Below are positions 24,973 through 32,124 of a stretch of 64,000 nt of DNA, piece by piece. The stretch spans positions 145-64,144 of the forward strand of contig JBBQWG010000042.1 in assembly GCA_038210825.1 (NCBI GenBank), in the 5' to 3' direction. This DNA comes from Verrucomicrobiales bacterium. GTDB lineage: Bacteria > Verrucomicrobiota > Verrucomicrobiia > Verrucomicrobiales > V1-33. A program made the position numbers and the translations under genes. The notes below the pieces were generated by a model, which made no database searches, had not been told where the DNA came from, and worked only from the letters and a program-made list of their open reading frames with translations. Numbering within the stretch: position 1 is the first letter of the stretch; each line of letters begins with the position of its first letter.

Positions 24973-26235
24973 ATGTCCACCATCGCCATCATCGGCACCG
25001 GCATCGCCGGCCTCGGAGCCGCCCACGTTCTCCACGCCCATCATGAGATCACCCTCTTCGAAAAAAACGACTACACCGGCGGCCACACCAATACCATCAC
25101 CGTCGATGAGAACGGGCGCTCCGTGCCCATCGACACCGGGTTTATGGTCTTCAACCACGCCACATATCCAAACCTCGTCCGCCTTTTCAACGAACTCGGC
25201 ATCGCTACCCAGAAAACTGAAATGGCCTTCAGCGTCCAGCACCGGCCCACGGACCTGGAATACAACGGAGGCAGCCTGAACCTCCTCTTTGGTCAGCGGC
25301 GCAATCTCCTGCGCCCGCGCCACTGGAAAATGCTCATGGCCATCAACCGCTTCAACACCGAAGCCATCCCCGCCCTCACCGATCCCAAATGGGCCGACAT
25401 GTCCCTCCGTCAATACATTGATGCCCGCAATTATGGCGAGGACATGTTCCAGCACTACCTCGTGCCCATGAGCAGTGCCGTCTGGAGCGCCCCGCCCGAC
25501 AAGATGGAAGCCTTCCCTGCCCTGACATTGCTCCGCTTCTGGCACAATCACGGCTTCCTCGGCCTCAGCACCCAGCACCAGTGGTGGACCGTCACCGGCG
25601 GCTCCCAAAGCTACGTCAGGAAAATCACCCGCCCCTTTGCAGACCGCATCCACAAAAACCGTCCCGTCACCAAGGTCAGCCGCACCGCCACCCGCGCCAC
25701 CGTCCATTTTGCCGATGGCTCCCCGCAAACCTTCGACAAAGTCCTCCTCGCCTGTCACGGAGACCAGGCTCTCGCCCTTCTCGCAGACCCCACCCCGCAG
25801 GAAACCCGCCTCCTTTCCAAATTCCACTATCAACCCAACACCGCCACCCTCCACACCGATCCCTCCCTCATGCCCCGCACCCCCCGGTGCTGGGCTGCAT
25901 GGAACTACCGGATCGATCACGGCCCCCACGGCGAAATCCTCCCCACCACCCACTACTGGATGAACCGCCTCCAGCGTGTCAGTGACAGGCAAAACTACTT
26001 CGTCTCCCTCAACTGCCTGGACCGCATCGACCCCACAAAAGTCCTCCGTCACCTCCATTACGAACACCCCCTCTTCGACCTCCCCGCCATCCGCGCCCAG
26101 GCCGGCCTCCCCGCCCTCAATAACATCTCCCCCGCCCAGACCACCTACTACGCCGGAGCATGGTTCAAATACGGCTTCCACGAGGACGGCTTCACCAGCG
26201 GCCTCCACGCCGCCCAGGCTATCCTGCACCCGTAG
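24973..26235 (+). CDS. NAD(P)/FAD-dependent oxidoreductase (amine-oxidase-like, COG2907-type)
   Basis: MSTIAIIGTGIAGLGAAHVL (GxGxxG), LFEKNDYTGGHTNT, then DTGFMVFN. Members of this family often accompany cyclopropane-fatty-acid genes, which are not present here. Confidence 0.85.
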   Translation: MSTIAIIGTGIAGLGAAHVLHAHHEITLFEKNDYTGGHTNTITVDENGRSVPIDTGFMVFNHATYPNLVRLFNELGIATQKTEMAFSVQHRPTDLEYNGGSLNLLFGQRRNLLRPRHWKMLMAINRFNTEAIPALTDPKWADMSLRQYIDARNYGEDMFQHYLVPMSSAVWSAPPDKMEAFPALTLLRFWHNHGFLGLSTQHQWWTVTGGSQSYVRKITRPFADRIHKNRPVTKVSRTATRATVHFADGSPQTFDKVLLACHGDQALALLADPTPQETRLLSKFHYQPNTATLHTDPSLMPRTPRCWAAWNYRIDHGPHGEILPTTHYWMNRLQRVSDRQNYFVSLNCLDRIDPTKVLRHLHYEHPLFDLPAIRAQAGLPALNNISPAQTTYYAGAWFKYGFHEDGFTSGLHAAQAILHP

Positions 26236-26393
26236 CAGGGCCGTCCCGGCCTTGATCACACGCCGGACAGGAAATGCCCGGGCCTGCCGGCGAAAGAGCG
26301 GATCTTCATCACGGAACCCTCTTCCAGGGACACGCACAAGCCTGGGGACCGCCTGCTTGCGACCGGCGGCTCCTTCGGCCATAGCTTAAGCGC

Positions 26394-27260
26394 ATGCCTC
26401 CGGTCCCTTCAGAGCCTTCCATCCCCGCCATCGTTCAGGTCCCGGTCCGCCGGGCAAGGCTGGATCCGGCCGATGCCTTTTCCTGGCAGGACACATCCGA
26501 TCAGGTTGCCGCGGAATCCCCCCTGACACTGCGGGTGGAAGGCCGGGCGGTTGCCGTGGTCATGCGCACCCCCGGGCACGACCGCGAACTCGCTGCCGGT
26601 TTTCTGCTCACGGAAGGGGTGATCCGGTCCAGGTCCGATGTTTTTGAAATCTCCGTCTGCCCTTCCGTCAGCGAATGCGGCGACAGCGTGGACGTGCTTC
26701 TGGCCAACCCGGCGGACTTTGATCCTGACCAACTCACCCGCCATGTCTTTACCTCGTCCAGTTGCGGCATCTGCAGCAAGACCAGCCTCACCACCGCCAT
26801 CCCGCCGGACCGGATCCTGACACCTCTGGCGGAGCCCCTGATCACCGGGCCGGAGCTGGCCGGCCTGCCCGATCAATTGCGTCAGGCCCAGCCCGCTTTT
26901 GCCGCGACCGGCGGACTGCATGGCTGCGCGTGGTGGGACGGCACCCGGCATGCCCTCGTCCCCGGTTTGTTATTTGAGGACGTGGGACGTCACAATGCCC
27001 TCGATAAACTGCTGGGCCATGCCCTGCTCACCGGCCAACTCCCCCTGGCCCATGGTGCCCTCATGCTCAGCGGCCGCATCTCCTTCGAACTCGTGCAGAA
27101 GGCCCACGCCGCCCGCATCCCCCTCATCGCCGCCGTCGGAGCCCCCAGCAGCCTCGCCATCGCCTATGCACAAACCGCCGGCATCACCCTCTGCGGATTT
27201 GTCAGGGAAGACCGGTTCAATGTCTATACGCATCCCGGCCGCATCGGGTTGGGCGTTTGA
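26394..27260 (+). CDS. fdhD: formate dehydrogenase accessory sulfurtransferase FdhD
   Basis: FTSSSCGICSKTSL (catalytic Cys loop), GGLHGCAW, EDVGRHNALDKLLG. No formate dehydrogenase subunit gene is in the window. Confidence 0.9.
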   Translation: MPPVPSEPSIPAIVQVPVRRARLDPADAFSWQDTSDQVAAESPLTLRVEGRAVAVVMRTPGHDRELAAGFLLTEGVIRSRSDVFEISVCPSVSECGDSVDVLLANPADFDPDQLTRHVFTSSSCGICSKTSLTTAIPPDRILTPLAEPLITGPELAGLPDQLRQAQPAFAATGGLHGCAWWDGTRHALVPGLLFEDVGRHNALDKLLGHALLTGQLPLAHGALMLSGRISFELVQKAHAARIPLIAAVGAPSSLAIAYAQTAGITLCGFVREDRFNVYTHPGRIGLGV

Positions 27261-27370
27261 GCTGTGCCGACTACCGTGGCGGCGTGAGCATGGAAACGGG
27301 ATGAAGGATCCGAAATACGAGCCCGGAGGTTGACGCCAGCGCATTCGCCGCTTTTTGGTTGTGTTGGAGT

Positions 27371-27808
27371 TTATGCTGGGTCTTCTGGGCTGTGCTCATC
27401 CGGTGACGGACGGATAAAAGTAACCTCTCCACTCGTGGCGTTAAATCTGCCGCACAAGTCACCTCCTATGGCCGATTCTAATTCCACCTGAAACTGACCA
27501 CTATTTTGATAGTGCGAGACCGGAGAAAAGGCCAACTCAAATAGAATGTTGTTTGGAATGGAAATGAAGTCCTCCAAGTCGGCCGAAATGATGCCTGAAA
27601 ATCGAAATCCAATCTCGTGCTTCTTTGTGAGAACGAAAAATCCGCGAGAATCGATCTCAGACGTCATCTCCCATGCCTCAACCTGAAGATCGATGAACTC
27701 TGACGTTCGTGTGAAACTCAAAACGGGGGAATCATGGAAGTCAGGCCAATAACCGTAAGCTCCTACAACGCCCTCAAATCCAATAATATAGCTAGGTGTT
27801 TCATCCAT
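27371..27808 (-). CDS. hypothetical cytoplasmic protein (145 aa), possibly immunity-protein-like
   Basis: Clean ORF in the AT-richer island with no signal peptide or TM helix. The N-terminal motif GYWPDFHDSPVLSF recalls small polymorphic-toxin immunity proteins, but I cannot assign a family with confidence. Confidence 0.55.
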   Translation of the reverse strand: MDETPSYIIGFEGVVGAYGYWPDFHDSPVLSFTRTSEFIDLQVEAWEMTSEIDSRGFFVLTKKHEIGFRFSGIISADLEDFISIPNNILFELAFSPVSHYQNSGQFQVELESAIGGDLCGRFNATSGEVTFIRPSPDEHSPEDPA

Positions 27809-28398
27809 GACGTTGAACTTGTGCGAACTGGATGATCACCGTCAATATCGCTGGTTTCTTATCTCCGCTATCTCCTGCAGAAGGGTCGGAAGAGCACGGC
27901 ATTTTGGGAAAAGCATGGGAATGGCCTGTCAGTTCAGGCGGGTATTTGCACTAAAATGGGCAGGTCTGCAAGATCTCCCTCATCAAGGCGCGAAAAAGCG
28001 TGGTCGGATCGTACCGCGGTGCGTCACGCGGGAACGCGTCACAGTCACGGCTATGTTGCCGCGCCCCTGGACGGCAGTGAAAAGGACGTGGGCTTCGCTG
28101 GGGGCGGCCTGGCAGGGGGCGGGGAAGGCGAAAGTTGAATCCGGAGTGCGGTGGCCGTAACGCAAAGTCACCGGCGTGGTCCACGTTTTTTGGGCGGCCG
28201 TGCCCAAGGAGAGGCGATTTCTGAATCGCCTCACAGCGGCCCGGCACCTTGCCGTTTCTTAAATCCAGTCGTCTCTGACAAACCCCACTCCCTTCCTCGT
28301 CCCAAGGACGGCGCAGGGCGATTCAGGGATCGCCCCTCCTTGTTGCGGATTCGACCGGGCCATCCGGAAATTACCCGGTAATTAGATTGCTGAATGCG

Positions 28399-28696
28399 TT
28401 ATCTTCGATTGAGACCATACGACGGGTGTCTCCGATTATGGCGCAGCACCAGGACACGAATTCCATGAACGTCTCGCGGGAGAGAAAGTGATAAGAAAAT
28501 CCCGGAATATCAGCGCGCCGCAGGACAGAAGAAATGAGATGAAATTTCCCCGGGTTGTGGAGTGCCCTCTCAACAACTTCGAGGAATGCTCTGAAAAAGC
28601 GATCCCCGACCGAAGCTGGACCTCTTCAGTGTGGTAACTCAAAATCCCGCTCATGTCCCGCTGGACGAGTCTGTGAAAGATGACCTTCACTCCCAT
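28399..28696 (-). pseudogene. RelE/ParE-family toxin disrupted by two frameshifts
   Basis: Three successive reading frames give MGVKVIFHRLVQRDMSGILSYHTEE, then GPASVGDRFFRAFLEVVERALHNPGKFHLISSVLRRADIPGFSYHFLSRE, then DVHGIRVLVLRHNRRHPSYGLNRR*. Shifts are near 28622 and 28473. Joined, they make a ~99-aa ParE-like sequence, whereas the annotated 86-aa ORF ends in nonsense. Confidence 0.65.
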
Positions 28697-28908
28697 CAGC
28701 GTCCGAACGATGTTCTGAACTCATCCAGTGACATTCCTGCCGCCGGGTCGCGGTCAAGCTCCGCATCTCTGCGCAAGGCCTCTGCCACGCCACCGTCATC
28801 GTCATGAAGAATGGCGGGTAGCGACTCCAAGAGTTGGGCAGCCAAAAATGCCCGTTGATCTTCAGGTAGCTGCATTGCCTGTTCCTCGAGTTCTGTCAAC
28901 GTGGCCAT
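28696..28908 (-). CDS. addiction-module antitoxin (putative addiction module component family)
   Basis: MATLTELEEQAMQLPEDQRAFLAAQLLESL...RRDAELDRDPAAGMSLDEF. The LP-x3-R-x2-LA-x2-LL-x-SL pattern is typical of antitoxins paired with RelE/ParE. Its stop overlaps the toxin ATG (TGATG). Confidence 0.75.
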   Translation of the reverse strand: MATLTELEEQAMQLPEDQRAFLAAQLLESLPAILHDDDGGVAEALRRDAELDRDPAAGMSLDEFRTSFGR

Positions 28909-28991
28909 GGGCAGACAATACCCCGCACTTGTTGTGCTGCATAGGGGTATTTACTCTTCCACAGGAAGGGGCAGGACTTTTGTGCATTCTC

Positions 28992-29462
28992 TTACCGTGC
29001 CTGCCACTCGCTCCAGTAATCGTCCGAAAGTCTCATCAAATCCTCCAAGGTCCATTCGCGGTGCGACTCATCGAAAACTCTGCATCCTCCGGCCGCCATC
29101 TCAATGATTCCTCCGCAATAGCCCAATTTGGGACGGTTTTGCGTGCAGGCGATCCTTACCATCTGTCCATCCGGCTCTGCGCTCAGCACTCCAAGGCCCA
29201 AGGATGTGATCTCCGTGAAATCTGTGACGTCGGGAATCAAGGGGTGCCCCTCGTCTGTCCAAGGCATAAACCTCACATGAGTGAGACCGTCCATCCGAAT
29301 CGTGAGCTTCCGGTCACCTGGCCTGATCCGCTCCGCCAGATACGCAATCTCAACAACCAACTCAGCGGTGCGCTCTACCTTAGTGCCTCCTGCGATGCAC
29401 CCATCGTGCAAGAAGCCGAAAACCTCTGCGATTTCTTCGGGCCCGGTCATTGTCGGCAACAA
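28992..29462 (-). CDS. hypothetical cytoplasmic protein (156 aa)
   Basis: Clean ORF with no signal or TM helix. The N-terminal FGFLHDGCIAGG loosely parallels the FHDSPV motif of the 27371-27808 product. No family was recognised. Confidence 0.55.
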   Translation of the reverse strand: MLPTMTGPEEIAEVFGFLHDGCIAGGTKVERTAELVVEIAYLAERIRPGDRKLTIRMDGLTHVRFMPWTDEGHPLIPDVTDFTEITSLGLGVLSAEPDGQMVRIACTQNRPKLGYCGGIIEMAAGGCRVFDESHREWTLEDLMRLSDDYWSEWQAR

Positions 29463-29707
29463 ACGCTTCGGACTAGGCGGCGGCGAGCGAAAAGTGCCGA
29501 TGACATGACTTACCCCATAGGAGCCGTTGCCTGCATTCTGTTTTGTTACACCTTTGGAGGTTCACACATCACGTAAGTAGTGCCAAATGCAACTAGAAGA
29601 GGAGCACTACGAACCACCAGAATGCGATGGCAGAGGGGCCAGCATCTCGCGGGGTGCCACCCATGCTGAAGAATCTGTTTTATTCAAACCCGCCTGGATT
29701 TCCCCTC

Positions 29708-29840
29708 CGCTATAGGCCAGCAGCCGGGAGGGCGTCAAGCAGGCGCGTGAAGAAGGCCGTGTCCGGCTTCTGCTCCGGAAACTGGCGGTCACTGGCCGGG
29801 ACGGAAGCCGCCGAGGATTTTGACAAAGTCGAGGTGCTTG
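29708..29840. repeat. direct repeat D: decayed copy of the 3' end plus downstream flank of the 30892-31911 gene
   Basis: ...gtcaagcaggcgcg...ggcttctgctccggaaactggcggtcactggccgggacggaagccgccgaggattttgacaaagtcgaggtgcttg aligns with 30821-30943. It encodes ..LDFVKILGGFRPGQ*, compared with ..LDLRKILGGLRPGQ*. Confidence 0.8.
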
Positions 29841-30022
29841 GGGCCGGGAAGAGTAGATGCCGCTCCTACTGAGCCCAAACCCCATGGCGCGCCCCCCTGC
29901 CATAAAGATCCCGCCACCACGGGGCGGTGCCTTCCGTGCTCTGAAGAACTCAACTCTGGCAACCACGACCGGGCGGCCAGCGGGGAAAGCACAGAGAAGG
30001 TTCGAGCCAAGCTGAGCATGGA

Positions 30023-30307
30023 TCACGGATAGGCAGGGCGGGTGTTGCCAGCAGTATTTGTTGCCCGTGCCCTGCGAATCGTTGCCCGGACGAGAAAGCC
30101 AGCGGCAGCTACCCCGCAGATGGTCCATCCGATCTGGTAGAGCCGATCAGCTACAGCTATCTGCGGCAAAAACGGTTCGACCAATTCAGGCGGATCATCC
30201 CAGCTAATGCCGCCCGCTCGCGATAGGTCGTAGTGGAATGCATATAAGAGCATACCTCCGCCCAACAAGAAGAGGGCTCGAATCCAGTATTTGGAGATCA
30301 TCTGCAT
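30023..30307 (-). CDS. hypothetical small membrane protein (94 aa from ATG 30307)
   Basis: MQMISKYWIRALFLLGGGMLLYAF plus a second helix IGWTICGVAAAGFLV. The ORF track gives a longer 30023-30388 version. Confidence 0.45.
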   Translation of the reverse strand: MQMISKYWIRALFLLGGGMLLYAFHYDLSRAGGISWDDPPELVEPFLPQIAVADRLYQIGWTICGVAAAGFLVRATIRRARATNTAGNTRPAYP

Positions 30308-30406
30308 AACGGAGGACGCTGTAAGTAGGCGGAACGACTCAAGCGCTGGCCCCGCTGGGGCGGCACAGCGCGTCGACGGCGGGGTCAATGTTGAAGTTAG
30401 GGAAAA

Positions 30407-30769
30407 TCATGGAGGCAAAGCAGAACCCCCCAGCGGTTGTCCAGCCGCGCCTTGGTCCTGAGCAGACACCGTGCGCACTTGCTCCACAATAGTCGCGTGC
30501 AGTTCAGAATATAAGGATTGCTCGAAGGTCGCGGGGCTGGTTTCTGGCGAAAGATAATCCTTGTTCACGGCTTCAACAAAAGGAGCAAATACGTGATGGG
30601 ATTTGCTCAAGTGCTCGACTAGGTTCTTGAGTAGCGTCAGCCGTGCCGGACTAACATTCAGACGCTCAGGATCATGACGATAGCGAAATCCCGATTTATC
30701 TGACTGCAGAACCTCCAAATTATCTTTCAAGACGAGCAAGCCCTCAAGATAGTTGTTCCAACGGGACAT
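30407..30769 (-). CDS. hypothetical protein (120 aa)
   Basis: AT-richer ORF MSRWNNYLEGLLVLKDNLEVLQSDKSGFRYRHDPERL... No recognisable motifs. Confidence 0.5.
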   Translation of the reverse strand: MSRWNNYLEGLLVLKDNLEVLQSDKSGFRYRHDPERLNVSPARLTLLKNLVEHLSKSHHVFAPFVEAVNKDYLSPETSPATFEQSLYSELHATIVEQVRTVSAQDQGAAGQPLGGSALPP

Positions 30770-30820
30770 AGATTTAACAGGGGCACGAACGTTCTGATAT
30801 CCAAACTCATTTGGGGATTC

Positions 30821-30943
30821 ACGCTGCGATAGGCTGCCGGGTGGGGGTCAAGCAGGCGCGGGAGGCCGGCTTCCTCACGGGAAACGGGCAGTCACTGGCC
30901 GGGGCGGAGGCCGCCGAGGATTTTGCGGAGGTCGAGGTCCTTG
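30821..30943. repeat. direct repeat C: functional 3' end (last ~16 codons) plus 71-nt downstream flank of the 30892-31911 gene
   Basis: Partner of repeat D (29708-29840). The best-conserved core is gtcactggccgggRcggaRgccgccgaggatttt. Confidence 0.8.
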
Positions 30944-31911
30944 AATTTTTCGCTGAGTTCCGCGGCTTTGGCGGTGATGTCGCCGCTGTATTGGGTGCCC
31001 TTGGATTTGGCGGTTTCGAGGAGTTTGTGGAACTCGGCCTTCAGGGTGGGGATGTCCATCTGGCGGCCGGAGGCGTAGTAGCGGTCCGCCACGGTGCCGA
31101 GGGCATAGGTGGTGGCAAAGGTGAGGGCGGTGCCGGCCACGCCGCCGGTGAGGCCGCCTGCGGTTTCGCCGGATTTGCCGCCGAGGCCGCCCATGACACC
31201 TGACAGGAGTTTGCGCAGCCCGCCTTCCAGGACCTGGCTCACGGCTCCGATGCCGAGGGCGGCCCCGAAGTCCTTCAGGGAATTGCGGTCGAGGGAGATG
31301 CCGTGGCGTTTGCCGATGTCGTAGACCATCTTCATCTGAGTGGGCACGATGGCGAGGGAGCCGGTGGTTTGCGGCAGCAGCTCCAAGGCGGCGGTGAGGA
31401 TGGCGTATTTCAGCAGCACAGGATCGAGGTCCTCCGCCGGGGCGGCGGGGATCTCCGGCATGTCGTCCGGAAAGACGGGGGTCGCGACGGGCACCACCGC
31501 CGCCGGAGGGACCGTGGCGGTGCCCCGGGAGAGCAGCGCTGCGGCCAGACTGGCGAGAAATTGTTGTTCCTCGGGCACGGCGGGGCCGCTGGCCTCGCAG
31601 ACGGACCTCGCCAGTTCATAGGCCAGGCTTTTGGCTTCGGGGGATTCCAGGGCGGCGGCGGCACTGGCCAGGGTGACCTGTTTGGTGAGGACCTTCTGGC
31701 AGGTCGCCCCGAGGTCTACGGCATCCATCTGGAAGCCTTCGGCGACGCGGCGCACGGCGGCATGCTCGGCTTCCTGTTTACTCTGATCCGCAAAGGCCGC
31801 CAGCAGGGCGACGGCGAGGATGGCTTCTTTTTCCTGGGGTGTCATGGCGGCGGGTGGGGTGGGGGCCGAAGGGCCGGTGGAAGAAAACCTGTAAAGGTGT
31901 CCTGCCATCAA
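30892..31911 (-). CDS. TerB-like N-terminal / DUF697-like C-terminal domain protein
   Basis: N-terminus EKEAILAVALLAAFADQSKQEAEHAAVRRV (TerB-like). C-terminus LLKYAILTAALELLPQTTGSLAIVPTQMKMVYDIGKRHGISLDRNSLKDFGAALG (DUF697-like). An alternative start at 31845 (MTPQEKEAIL) is at least as plausible. Confidence 0.65.
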   Translation of the reverse strand: MMAGHLYRFSSTGPSAPTPPAAMTPQEKEAILAVALLAAFADQSKQEAEHAAVRRVAEGFQMDAVDLGATCQKVLTKQVTLASAAAALESPEAKSLAYELARSVCEASGPAVPEEQQFLASLAAALLSRGTATVPPAAVVPVATPVFPDDMPEIPAAPAEDLDPVLLKYAILTAALELLPQTTGSLAIVPTQMKMVYDIGKRHGISLDRNSLKDFGAALGIGAVSQVLEGGLRKLLSGVMGGLGGKSGETAGGLTGGVAGTALTFATTYALGTVADRYYASGRQMDIPTLKAEFHKLLETAKSKGTQYSGDITAKAAELSEKFKDLDLRKILGGLRPGQ

Positions 31912-32124
31912 CCTGCAGAGGCAAATGAAATTTTGAACAGAAGGTCACAAAGCCCCGGAAGTCAGAAACTTACGTTGTTGAAAACTCATCCTCGAACCCG
32001 GCACGGAAGGTGAACCACGAAATCATCGCTACCCCTTCTCATGGTGTCCTTCGTGCCCTTCTGTTCAAATTCATCGCCGTTTTCAGGATGAAATGGCCAA
32101 CGCTGCCAACCCGGCACTTCAGAA

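Noticed and set aside
24922-26382. 486-aa minus-strand ORF opposite the FAD oxidoreductase
   Set aside because: Shadow ORF with a Gly/Val/Glu-rich translation. The plus strand has the GxGxxG dinucleotide-binding motif.
27983-28234. 83-aa minus-strand ORF (..TWTTPVTLRYGHRTPDSTFAFPAP..VLFTAVQGRGNIAVTVT..) in the ORF-poor part of the island
   Set aside because: It might be a remnant of a beta-sandwich protein. However, it has no start context or recognisable family, and it overlaps an alternative ORF of similar length in another frame. The evidence is insufficient to call it.
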